From positions 1,796,779 to 1,860,778 of the forward strand of contig BFEA01000001.1 in assembly GCA_003427395.1 (NCBI GenBank): DNA of 64,000 nt, written 5' to 3'. The translations under genes and the position numbers were made by a program. Numbering within the stretch: the first letter of the stretch is position 1; each line of letters begins with the position of its first letter. The DNA comes from Chara braunii (taxonomy: Eukaryota; Plantae; Charophyceae). Under the pieces are notes generated by a model. The model had not been told where the DNA came from, ran no database searches, and was given only the letters and a program-made list of their open reading frames with translations. Below, piece by piece: positions 10,623 through 22,650 of this stretch.

Positions 10623-12837
10623 TAAAACACTTATTGAACCCGGACGTCGTCCGTTCCTTAGGGCGCTGATCTCCTGAGTACGAAGCGTACGCCGATCGAC
10701 AAGAATGGTCTCAACCATCTGTGAAACCCCCTTGCCCCTTTAAACATGAGTAAAAAGAAAGTTATAACAATCACACATGGTTATACCAAAAGGAACTGTT
10801 ACTTAGTCGATAGGAATGTATATTCCATCTGCAATGATAATCGAAAAAGTCAAAATCATCATTAGATACCCAAGATCAAAATAAAACTTGACCACCCCGG
10901 GTCGATCTCCAAAAAAATCATACAGCCACCAACGAGGAGTTGGTTTTAGACCATAGTATATATGCAGCCGACATGGTAGTCGTACAACCTTAGTTTTGAC
11001 TCGATGAGATGAGCTGCCAGAGTTATTCATTCCATCCTATCGCCGATTTAAGATTGAACACGCACACACCCATCTCCATACGTTTCTCAATTTTCTTGGA
11101 TCACAAACTGTTTTGCGGATGATTCTTCATCAGGGGCATTGCTTGAGGTGTTGCATGCCTCTCCCTCTAGGAAGTGGTCTGGGGTACTCCTCCTCCTCGC
11201 CCGAGCACAGGACTCGGATCTCAGAAGTCGGGCCGTCTCCACCGAATTGGCAAAGTACCCCCCCGTTGAACGGTCCACTCTGGGTCGATAATAGAGCCAG
11301 CTCCTAAAGCAACGCACCCCCGCCCCAGATGCTTCCTGAAGAAAGAGTATGACCACAAGTAAAATTTTAGTTGGTCTTATCCTCCCTTGCCTAAGGTAAT
11401 TTAGATGAAAAAGAGTCAGAGGTGATGGAGAATGAGAATCATTTGGACAGGTAAAGGTAGATAAATTCATTCAGGATAAAAATGGTCAATCCTTGGGAAA
11501 GGCTAAGTCCGTCTGACCTTATCTGCTTTATTTGATTCGAATTCGTTTTACGATGCACGTAAAAAATTGACATTTTTCAAAACAGTCAACCCTTCTTGGC
11601 GTGCAGGCAGGTGAGAAGTCAAAAGAAGACACTCCTTTTTCATTTTCTTAAATAGGCATAATCAATCTCATTTGCAAGCATCTTTCTACCTACCTGCACA
11701 ACACGTAGAGACAACAAGTTAAAGAAAAAAAACAGTGCAATCCCATACACATGCACAATACACACGACTTTCCTGTACCTTTTTAACGAACATTCAATGA
11801 ACAAGGTCAAGCAAAGTGTGGGTTCACACATGTGTGAAGGAAAATCAGAGTCAATCAACTGACTGACCTTGAGTGATGTGGTGCCGAAGAAGCGCCCTTG
11901 CTCACTCAAGAAAGCCAAGCCACGTGTGTCGCCAAAAATTGTATTCTTTAGGAGAATTATGATCAAACCACCTCTCGCTCACAAGCCTCACCCATGGTAG
12001 CCCAAGCTTGAGGACGGCGAGCAGCATGCGTCCCAGAAAAAAACACTCGGTCTGGTACCACGTCAGTCCTAACTAGTCCCAAGCGGTCCTAGATAGTCCC
12101 ACGAGGTTCCAGGTGGTCCCATGCTGTCAAACACTTCATCGAATGACTATTGAGTCGAAAAACCGTTTCCGCCACACTTCTCAAAAAAATAAAACCGGTA
12201 TCGAATCTCCAAACCGTCCACGTCGAGACCGCCGCAAATGACCGTCCGTGTCCCACGTCAGTCCGAATTGGTCTCAAGCGGTCCCAAATGGCCTAGTCCC
12301 ATTGCCGCAATTGTTGGGTAGTCCCAACTACAAAACATTTATCTCATGTACGGCAAAAAAAAAAATAATAATAAACCCGCCCATCGCGCTTAGATTTCGT
12401 ATCGTCGCATGCCATCAACCGCCACCATATCACGACGCTGCTGCTGTACACACCAATGGTAGGAGACCTTCATCAAGAAAAGCAGACGCTGCCGTACACA
12501 CAAATGGTAGCAGACCTTCATCAACAAAATAAAGGTGTTGCACCGACGCCGCGGTATTTTGGCAGCATAGCCCCACAAAAATAGGTTGCCGAAAATATCG
12601 GTCAGCACACCTCCACCAGTTGTCGTGCTCCCCTTCACTCCTTGCCACGCTTCGCTGCCACTACTCACCACGCTGCCGCAGAGTCCCCCTTGAGACCAGT
12701 CTGCCAAGGGGTGGAGCAGAGTGCTCCAGCCAAGGCTATGGTTGTCTCCTCCTTCGTCGCGCTCCTCCGCAGTCCTCCAGCTACGCCGATAGCACTCCTG
12801 CCTCCTCTCTAGCACTCCAGCGATGAGGCAAGTGCGC

Positions 12838-13441
12838 TGTCGCACACTGGTAGTTGGAGGCAAGTGTGAGGCAGCTGGGGGACAACTGCCTCTTTTGTAA
12901 TGGCTGAGGAGGGCAGCAACAGCCTCATCTGCCCCTAGGCAACATTCGTCACTTACCTGGGGCCGTTGATCTAAGCCAAATCAACGGACTGAGGCTGTCT
13001 CACCTCAGCCACACACTTAGGGTGGCAGTTGCACTCAACTGCCCCCCTCTTTTTCTCCCTTTTCCCTGCACTCAGCCCCACACTGAGTGCAGGTTCAACG
13101 GGAAAATGGCTGTTTCCAGCCAAGTTCCCCTCACTGCGCCCCCCTGAAAACGGTGAGGACAGTTGTCAGAGTTGGAAGGAGTAGGGAATCAACTCGTGAA
13201 AACTCACGAGTTCAAATCTTGACAGGCTCAGAGCGGGGTGTAAAAAGTACCCCGACTTTGATGATTTTTAGACAAATATTCGCCAAATAAAAAAATCTAA
13301 AAACATTCACGTGGATGACCTAAGTGCCCGACTACCTATATGAAAAATTTCAAGGCCAAAACAATTGTTTTACGCCACCAAAATAATACGGGCGCAAAAC
13401 TGAAAAATACAGATTTTCAAAAACGTTTGATCCCGTTTTTC

Positions 13442-13474
<33 letters not shown>

Positions 13475-13703
13475 CCCTTCTTCCCNCCCCTGACAATGGG
13501 GAGGCAGCTGGCAGGTCGGGAGGGGAAGGTCCTCCTCTCTCTCTCTCTCTCTCTCTCTTAGCCTTTCGAAGTCCCCCATCCTACTTGTGCCTGCATACAG
13601 CCCACGACCCCAGCCTAATTCAGTCACAGGTTGGGATGGTTCCCTCAGCAGTTGCTCAGGGAACAGTTGCTCGTTTTCCCACGAGCAACTGCACCCAGGC
13701 CTT

Positions 13704-13747
<44 letters not shown>

Positions 13748-14650
13748 AAATGCCGTTGGCCTAAGCCAATGGCCACAGTAGCCTATGCCAACTTAGGTGG
13801 CATCCCCCCTGCCCCTCTTCTGGTACACAGACCAGAGTTCGATTCCCTTAGGGGAATCGAAAAAAATTGGGCCATCTCTCGATTTATGCGTGTCATCTTT
13901 GCGCAGGAGCCATACAGATCGGCTCGACGGATTTTCGCCGCACGATCTCGTGATCGCGCGGCCGAAATCGACCGCGCTCGACTGTTCTTCCGGCAGGCTG
14001 CTCCAAAAAAGGAGCTAGCCCAGCGGTGTAATCATCGAGGCTCGATCCCTAAGTCTGTGGGGTGACAGTCTAATGGTAGTATCTACTGGGCTAGCTCCTT
14101 TCTCACGTTGGGAAAGGAGCAACCCTTCTATATGAAGGGTTGTGGTGCCCAACAGGCCACCCTCCAGCGCTTAGCAGGTTTTGTCTGCTAAGCCCGCCTG
14201 TTACCGTGGCTAGCTAGTCAAGTTAGAGGCCCATGGCCTTAACAACTGCCCCACTCAGCGGGCCATAACGCCATCCCCTCCGGACCTCGATGCAAAACCC
14301 CCGCGGACCCAACAAAAATAAGACTTCCTATTCCCTTTGTGCCGCGGCTCTAACCTTCGTCGCGGCGGCCCCTTTTCAACCTACTTAGGTCCTGCCTAAG
14401 CGTTCCCACGTCCAGTTGCCTCTGAGGTCTCAACAAAGCAAAGCACTTCCAGTTATTGTTGCTACTCTCGGATGTCACAAGCGTCTGAACTAAAGCTCGA
14501 AAACTTTTAGCTTCTCAGTCATAGGTCAGGTCTGAATCAACTTTTGGCAACGTCAGTCTCATCAGACCCTTCAATCCAACGAAAGAGTCGGATAGCGTCC
14601 GACGTTTAAAATTCCTGGCAAATACCCTTGTCAGGGTATTTGCCCCGACA
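12838..14650 (-). mobile_element. LTR (possibly solo) of the TGTCG...CGACA family carrying a U6 fragment
   Basis: The right end 14650 is supported by homology to the 10048 end. The left end 12838 is chosen only because TGTCG there is preceded by GCGC, matching the GCGC after 14650. The LTR could instead extend to about 10.4 kb. Confidence 0.5.
13861..13920 (-). pseudogene. U6: U6 snRNA 3' half (copy 2)
   Basis: The minus strand reads GTATGGCTCCTGCGCAAAGATGACACGCATAAATCGAGAGATGGCCCAATTTTTT; more decayed than copy 1. Confidence 0.9.
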
Positions 14651-15021
14651 GCGCTACACAACAACCGGTCCCACCACTAGGAGAACAACAACCTTGGTAC
14701 CCTAAGACCTCACTGAAACCACCCTCAACCTTCTTGGGTGATAAGAAGGATGAGGCTCTCGACACTTGGTTGAGAACGGTGCTAGTGTGGGTGAGGGCGA
14801 ACATGACACTAGTCGAGGAAGAGGTGATCATTGCCGCCTTGTAAGACTTCGACAGAAGAATGAACGATTGGGCTAAGACCCATACTTTAGAGAGTTTCAT
14901 AGAGTTGGTAGAAACACGATGGCACAACCCTCAGGAGGCCCAACAGGCCATTGATACATTGACCCGGCTTGATACTAAACAGTACAAGTCCACACGTGAA
15001 CTTATCTCTGTCGTGGAACGT
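14651..15021 (+). mobile_element. Ty3/Gypsy gag remnant, part 1
   Basis: WYPKTSLKPPSTFLGDKKDEALDTWLRT...ELVETRWHNPQEAQQAIDTLTRL...RELISVVER; the frame resumes after 18670 as LIVVPNVRYD. Confidence 0.75.
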
Positions 15022-15429
15022 TGTCGACCGGTAGAAGAGCTCTGCCGGCACGCCGATCGAACCCTATACCTCGCGCCGTGTCTGTCACCCACGGGAGGGT
15101 CGATCGGGGCTCCTGTAACCTGCAAGAAATCAACCTTGTTAGTATCACCAAAATACGCTAATACCGCAATATAAGGCAGAAAACTGCTGACGACGAAACA
15201 ATTCGTAGAAATGATTGAAATGAAAGTTTTGATTCAGTTCAAAATAGTATGATAGTTCACACCGCGACCAGGCCCTGGGTCTCGCCCATAGCACGAGTCT
15301 GTAAAATCCGTCTGAGTCCCAACGGAACCCGGCCCCCGTCATGAAACAGGCTTGATACGGCAAATAGGCTCGACACTTGTCGGAGAGGCGATGTCTTGGT
15401 TCACCCGGGTGCGCGACTAGGACCCGTCC

Positions 15430-16190
15430 TGGGTCTAAATCTGGTTTGGTCTAGTCTGGTCCATTCGGTTTGATCTTGTCTGATCTGGTCCGTCCGGGTC
15501 TGATACGGCCTGGCCGGGTCTGATCTGGTCCGTCCGGGTCTGATACGGCCTGGCCGGGTCTGATCTGGTCGGTTGTGATGCTGTCTGGTCAAGTCTGAAC
15601 TGGTCTGATCCGGTACGGTCGGGTCTGATCTGGTCTGGTCTGGCCTGTTTAGTGTGGTCTGGTTTGGTCTGGGTCTGTTCCGGGTTCGATCTGCGTTGGC
15701 CGGTCTAGTCCGGCCTGACCTGCTATGGCCTGCCAGTCCAGTTTGATCCGGTCTGATGCAGTCTGCCCTCGTGTGGTCTGTTCCCACTCAGTTCGGTCTG
15801 AACCGGTCTGATGTAGTCCGGTCTGGTTCTGGTGTGATCCTCTTTAGTCTGGTCTGCCCTTCCGTCCGGTCTGTCCCGGTTCTGGTCTGGTTTGGTTCGG
15901 TCTGAACTGGGTCAGGTCTGGTCTGATCTGGTTTGGCCAGGTGTGATTCGGTCTGATCTGAAGCGGTCTCACCTGCTCTGGTCATGTATGATCTAGTCTA
16001 ATCTTTGTCTAATCTGGTCTGGCCCGGCCTGATCTGGCTGGTCTGGTCTGTTTTGAGCCCGGTTCGGTCTGAAATGCTCTGGTCTAATCCGGTCTGGCCC
16101 GGGTTTGATCTAGGATGGTCTGGTTTGTTCTAAGCCCGGAATGATCTGAACTGGTCAAGATCTGGTCTGATCCCGTCCAATCCGGTCAGG
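15430..16190. repeat. Degenerate pentamer satellite (TCTGG/TCTGA/TCCGG)n
   Basis: Directly visible 5-bp periodicity. Confidence 0.9.
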
Positions 16191-16351
16191 GCGAGCTTTT
16201 AAGTCGGACTATGACTCGGCGCTCCTGCGCCCTCCCGCTGGCGTGCGCCTGTCCTTCGTTCATCCGCCCTTGATTGAATCTCCTCACTTTGGCGTCCCGA
16301 GCACGGAGCGGAAATCACAGTCCGCCTCGATGTATAGAGTCTGACACCTGC

Positions 16352-16382
<31 letters not shown>

Positions 16383-16615
16383 CGATTCTTCCAAGCCCAT
16401 CCCTTGGCTGTGGTTTTGCAGCATGGTAGATAGGGACAGTGGGAATCTCATTAATCCATTCATGCACGTCACTAATTAGATGATGAGGCATTGGCTACCT
16501 CAAGAGAGTCATAGTTACTTCCGTCGATTACCCACGCTTAGTTGAATCTCTTTTCTTTCACATCTAGAGCGCTGGGCAGATACCACACTGCGCCAGCATC
16601 CGTTGTGGCCATCGC
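16352..16615 (-). pseudogene. 28S (LSU) rRNA fragment spanning the R2 target region
   Basis: The plus strand agtcaagctcaacagggtcttctttcccc...gggaatctcattaatccattcatgcacgtcactaattagatgatgaggcattggctacctcaagagagtcatagttact is the reverse complement of conserved LSU sequence. A second, more decayed piece lies at 16263-16322. Confidence 0.93.
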
Positions 16616-16646
16616 GCTTGTACGATCGGCCTATCCCCTCGGTTAC

Positions 16647-16762
<116 letters not shown>

Positions 16763-16946
16763 TGTGTGCAGATATGCGCTCCCTTAGCCCGCTTGCGGCT
16801 TTGCCGACCCGCGCTCAGCTCGTTGCCACCCTCGTGCACCCAGGATCGATCTGCGCCGCTCTGCCGTTCGAGCGCGGCTCCGTATTCGCGCGCGAATGAA
16901 TCTGGCGCTCTTCGGGGGCGAGGTTCATTTGAGTGACTTACCACGT

Positions 16947-17011
<65 letters not shown>

Positions 17012-18666
17012 CGCGCGCGCGCTTGTTCTCACTTCCTGGGTAGCGCGCACACATTCGAACAATGCGCACGAACCTGGACCGCGATGAGGGCTACATTCAT
17101 GCACCTCTACTGGTGCGAACGTGGACGCTTCCCTGGATTCAGACAAGCGTGTTTTTGCGCCCAGCGACAGCTGCGCTCGTGCACTCTCCTATCCCTCCGT
17201 GTGCTGCCCGGATTGATTCGCATAGAGTTTCCCGCCCGTGCGCAGTTGTGCTGGCATAGTCCCATCATCATCAACAAGGAACCAATGGTGATATCCTATC
17301 CGTCGCTCGACGCTCTGACTACTGGTGGCAGATCCTGCCTAGCCTACCACCTACAATACGACTGGTGACGTCAACAGCTTCACGAATTACGAGCAGATCT
17401 CTGCCAATGTCGTTCGCCGCAGGTGCGAGGTATGTCTCTCGTCTCACTCACAACCTGGTGGCGTCAACAGTTTCTCGAAGTACGAGCGGATCCCCGGCAG
17501 TGTCGTTCGCCTCAAGCACCAGGTGCGTATCACTCTCCTTCTCACACACTCACACCCCTCTCCAGTTTGGTTCTCCCGGCACACTCGGCAGTACCGTAGT
17601 GGATGGACCTGGTCACTCTCGCGGCCAGGATCACTCCCTGCCTCATGCGGCTGGTGTTGCCACCCCCGTCTCTGCCTGTGTTCCTCGAGGTGGCTTCAGC
17701 TCAGTCCCGGTTCGTGCTTGTTTCGCTGTCCGCCCGTGCATCGTGCGCCAGCTGGATCTCCAGTGCGTGGAGCCCAGCACACCTTGTGCGCCGGTCCGTG
17801 CGCCCGTCCCATGTGCAAGTGACAATAATCCCCCTTCCTTCGGGCACGGTTGGGCCTTTATACTTTGCTGGACCCAACGTGGCGCGGCTTCAGTGCCTCG
17901 GTGTGTCGAGGCTCCGGGAATGTTGCAGCGCCCCGGTACGAAGCCTCCCCCGAGCCTGAACCCGGGTCCGTTTGGGCCTCCGAAAGGTTTCCAACGAAGG
18001 GAGCCTTTTTGTCGGGTACCGGGCTTTTTGCAGCGCCTCGGTACCGAAGCTCCTTCCAAACCTAAGCTCGGCCTAATAAATGGTCCCCACCCACAAGTGG
18101 TAACGGCCTCGGTAAATAACCCTGTAGGGCCCCCTTCGAAATCCTAGGCCGACGGGTCCATTCTTGGGCGTTAGCCGTGAGCCTCCTTGCGGTTGCACCG
18201 AGGCCCGCCCAAAAAGCCGGTTCCCACCTTCCATCTATGCAGGGTGTTTCCGTAATTCGGTCGCTCGCGGTAACTTCGGAGGTTGCCACTAGTTGAGATG
18301 CCCGAAACCTTGCTTTAAGTGCTCGGCATCCCTTTTCCCCCGGCTTTATGTCGACCTTTAGAGCAACCCTGGTCCCTGGTGGTCGTGCCTTTCGTCCCGA
18401 ACCATCGGGAACCTCCTCCGCTATGGTAGTCTCTTTATGTTCATCGGCGGCTTACGTTCGCGCCCACTTCACAAAAGTATCCGCGTTGAATGCTCGTGCC
18501 CCACCCAGACTGAGTGTCGTGGCCCGGCCACTCGCGTCGTCGATCCGTTGGCGTATTTCCCGATGACCCGCCGAGTTTCTGTCAGGTAAAAACTATTAAA
18601 TAGTGTCCTTGTCGTGCGCCCTTGTAAAGGAAGTAAAGGGCGGCGTAAGGCTTGAGCCGCCCGACA

Positions 18667-20548
18667 GCGTCTCATTGTAGTCCCCAACGTACGTTACGAT
18701 CTGCAGGTCTTAATGACCATGTTCTTAAGATGTCTTCCCACATACGTCAAAAACTTGTTGGTTAGCGAGGTCGACATTGAATATCACACTCTGGACTCTT
18801 TTAGCAAGAGGCCTTAGACTTAGAGGCTAGGCTAGGAGGAACCCAACAACCCTCGATGGATGGGAGAAAGAAGAAGAGTCTACAAAAGTGGAAGAAAAAA
18901 GGTAGTCGATTGATGATTGATTCCGACGGAAATCAAACCGAGATCGATAAGGTTTCTGACCTTATGGACGGAACAAAGTTTGGAAGTGAGAATAGTGTTG
19001 AGGGTAGCAAACTCGCTTCCCTAGTAAAACTTAAGGCAACTTGCCACGACAAGGGCGGTTAACAGAAGAGTCGGGGGCAAACCCAAAACTCAAATAAGAT
19101 TCCAGTTTGAGTGAGTGAGGGTGTGGATCAAGATGTGTGGTGAGATCGTTATTCGCAAGGAGCTTGCATAAACTGCGGCAAGAATGACCATTGACAGTTT
19201 AGGTGCAAGAACGCAAAGGTATCGCAGAAGATGCCTCCCAAAGATGGTTTTCAACATACTTCTTCCCAACGTGGGGCTTCTGTGAGCTCCAGTTCGGGAA
19301 ACACATCGGGTCAGTAAAAGTTGTAGCTTCTTCCACTCCTGATGAAGTGAGCAATGTGCCCTTCCCACTTCAAGAGTTTGCCAAAGGTATTTACTCTTTC
19401 GTCACCCTGCAGATGCATCCTGACCCAACGATACTCTGTTCGTTGGATGTGTCTGATGCCTTAGAGCACCTAGAAAGTGAGTTGTTGGGAAGGGACCCTT
19501 GTGAGTCCTGGATGACATTAAGTAGTGGTCTTAGAGGGGAGCATAGTGTAGTGGAAGTTGGTGTAGGTGGCCGCAAATGTGATGCCTTCGTAGACATCAG
19601 TTCTACACGAAACTTCATTAATCACGACTGCGTTGCAAGACTGCACGTAAAGGACCGGGAGCAGTGCATGAGTAGACCAGTAACATTTACTTTGACCAAC
19701 AAATAGCGCATGATAGTAGAAGACTACATCAAGGACATGGTCTGCACCTTCTTTTATGAGGTGGGGAACTTACTCATAAGATTTTGTTCCTAGTTAGCAA
19801 CGACTTGACATTCGACATGTTATTAGGTATGTACTACCTTGAGGTTGCCAAACCCCAGTTTGATTGAGACAAGAAAGTGCTAAAGCACGAGTTTCCTAAT
19901 GGGAGGCTAGCAGGTTAGTTAACTCTTGTGGGTGCTTGTGTGCAACGTCCTTCTATAATACTATGAACAAAACCAAGAGGAGGGTATGTGCTTAGTGTTC
20001 GTCTTTGAGGAAGGGGAGACTGTTAAAACACCCTCAGAGATAGAATCCATCCGACTAAGTACCCCGATTTGTATGAGGAGCCTTCATGAGTCGTGGATAG
20101 GGAGGTTGTCCATGCCACAAAGATAATCCCGGGTAGCAAGATACCTAAAGGACGAATCTATAGGATGGCACCAGCCGAGTTAGACAGACTTCGGCAGCAA
20201 CTGAAAGAGATTACACAAAAGCGTTGGATACGACCTAGCACTTCCCCCTTTGGCTCACCCGTCCAATTTATACCGAAGAAGGGGAGATCATTGAGGATGT
20301 GCATTGATTATAGAGGTCTGAATGCCATCACAATTATAAACGCAAAGCCTCTATCGTGCATTGACGACCTACTGGATAGGGTGCAGGAGTGTAAGTACTT
20401 CACCAAGATGAACTTAAAATTCGGCTACCATCAAATAGCCATTAGACCAAAGGACCAACACAAAACCGCTTTTCAGACCAGGTGCGGTCTGTACGAGTTT
20501 GTGGTGATGCCCTTTGGTGTTTGCAATGCACTGGGATCATTTCAGGCA
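18667..20548 (+). mobile_element. Ty3/Gypsy gag-protease-RT remnant (stops and frameshifts, 3'-truncated)
   Basis: Protease-like AFVDISSTRNFI, and RT motifs IYRMAPAEL, IRPSTSPFGSP, LRMCIDYRGLN, GYHQIAI, KTAFQT, YEFVVMPFG. Confidence 0.93.
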
Positions 20549-22092
20549 GCCTCGAAGCTCCAAGTGTTTGTCGTCTTCTCATTGGCTCACTAAGCCTCTG
20601 TAACGACAATGTTGCATTTTTATTCGCTCGCGGCCACTTCGTGATGTGTCGACCTCACCTCATGTGCCAAGGGCGCAACCACCAGGCCCTGGGCTCAACT
20701 GCTTGACGCAACTGTTTTCGGAAGGAGTCCAGGTAGAGGACCACGTTGCACTTCAATCAACTAGCATGCTGCAATTGTCTAATACCCACATTAGAAAATG
20801 TTGAGATAAGGGTCTCTCGTTGATATTCAAGCCCGCCTTCACTTAGGGCGGGCACGAGGCTTAATGGGGGCCAAAACCCATCTAATGTGCATGTTGGCCA
20901 GGGCCCTATGAGGGCACATTCCTCACATTTCATCCCCCTTAGCTTCGAAAGTCCGCTGAGATGCTTCTTAAGCAAGAGTTTTCCCCTTTAACCTTCTTTC
21001 ATAATCATGTCATAATCGTGGCAGATTATGAAAGAAGGTTATCAGGAAAAGTTGTTGCTTAAGAAGCATCTCAACGGACTTTCGAAGCTAAGTGGGATAG
21101 AATGTGAGGAATGTGCCCTCATAGAGCGTTAGCCAACATGCACATGACATGGGTTGTGGCCCCCATCAAGTCTCGTGCCCGCCCTAAGTGAAGGCGGGCC
21201 TAAATATCCACGAGAGGCCCTTATCTCAACATTTTCCAATGAAGGTATCAGACGGTTGTGGCATGCAAGTTGGTTGAAGTGCAATGTGATTCTCTCCTTA
21301 GGCTCCTTCCAAAAACAGCAACTGTGTCAAGCAGTTCAGCCCAAGGTCAGGTGGTTGCGTTCTGGGCACACGAAGTGTGAGGCCGACACATCAAGAAGTG
21401 GCCGCAGGCGAATCATAATGCAACATTGTCGTCACACTGTCCCAGTGAGCCAATTAGAAGACGACAAACATTTGGAGCCAAGAGGTTGCGTGGACGTGTC
21501 CAACCGGAAAGAGGCCATGCCCCCAACTGTCAGACAGGACCTGGGGGCAAACACCAGGGCCCGACCGGAAGCTACTGGGTGCTTCGTCAGTTAGGCCCAC
21601 GCAGCCAAACAGAGTTCCGCAACTTTCACTAGAGGCTAGGGAATTTTTCTGGCCTAGGCAGGCAATGCGGATACGATGCTATGTTGCTGCGTAAGTGTCT
21701 GAATGTGCGCTGCTGGTTGGGTCTCACGTGGGCACTATGAGGTGAGAGTGAGGCTGCAGGGCAGCGAGCGCACAACAACCATAGCCTAGTTGAAGGGGCG
21801 CATGCGAGTGGTGGGCGAAGGTGGTCTTCGGGTAGGAGGTGCATGAGTGGGTGGTCAAGGTTTGTTGAGGGGGGGGGAATGAAACTTCCCTGATGTATGT
21901 TGGAGGTCGACATTAGTACTTAGGTCGTGTACGTTAGTTTTCAACGTCAGAAGTGATACTGTTGCACGAATGTGGATAGACTAGATAGGCTCAATAGAGT
22001 AGGCTGGGTGCTGGGCGTCAGACAGAGATGAGCAACATTAGATATTCTGTTGGTGGGGCCTGAGGGCGATAACATTGGCACACGAGTTCACT
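20545..22092. repeat. Two inverted copies of a dispersed repeat forming a ~0.95-kb palindrome centred near 21010
   Basis: 20545-21005 is the reverse complement of about 21020-21490. The right copy extends to 22092 and matches 60920-61881 and 55290-56165. Confidence 0.88.
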
Positions 22093-22297
22093 ATTTGCTC
22101 TTATTTGGATGAAATCTTGCTGCATTTGAATTTCCGCTTGGTACATGACTATCTGAACTTCTGCCTGATTTTAGAACTTGTATTTTTGTCTATCACTCTC
22201 GCTCATATTCCTTGCAATTTTGTAATATTATGAAAAATGTGAATTTCTTTGTGGCACCCTCAAATCTGCTTAGCACTTAGTCATTCGTGCTTTCAAT

Positions 22298-22650
22298 CAA
22301 CATTTTGACCCCTTGGGGTAACGAAGTGTTGGCGAAATTCTCTCTTTTTCTACTAAGACTTGTACCAGCACATTTTGACACATTGGGGATAGCGAAGTGT
22401 TGGCAAAATCGTCTCATTTTACGTAGTCATTTATTTTTACTGCACACTTCGACCCCATGGGGGTAACGAAATGTTGTCGATTTTTTTTTTTTAATCCAAA
22501 TCTTAGTTTTCTCTTCATTGTCCTCCATCTCCTTTTTTTTACTAAAAATTTTGATTTGCGGTATTTTGAAAATTAGTGTGCTTCTCTTGGTTTTTCCTCT
22601 TCTCATGGCACATCTTGACTCCCTAAGGGGTTAGGAAATAGTGTCGAAAC
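22298..22650. repeat. Four spaced copies of a ~40-bp motif with an internal ACCCC...GGGGT palindrome
   Basis: acattttgaccccttggggtaacgaagtgttggcgaaatt-like copies occur near 22300, 22370, 22445 and 22610. Confidence 0.7.

Noticed and set aside
12951-12960. ACTTACCTGG as a U1 snRNA 5' end
   Set aside because: No downstream U1 similarity; better explained as an antisense splice donor or chance.
14525-14580. Minus-strand CTGATGAG near the LTR start
   Set aside because: No GAAA box, and the homologous copy reads TTGATGAG.
16480-16520. R2 retrotransposon insertion
   Set aside because: The target region is present but uninterrupted, and there is no R2 ORF.
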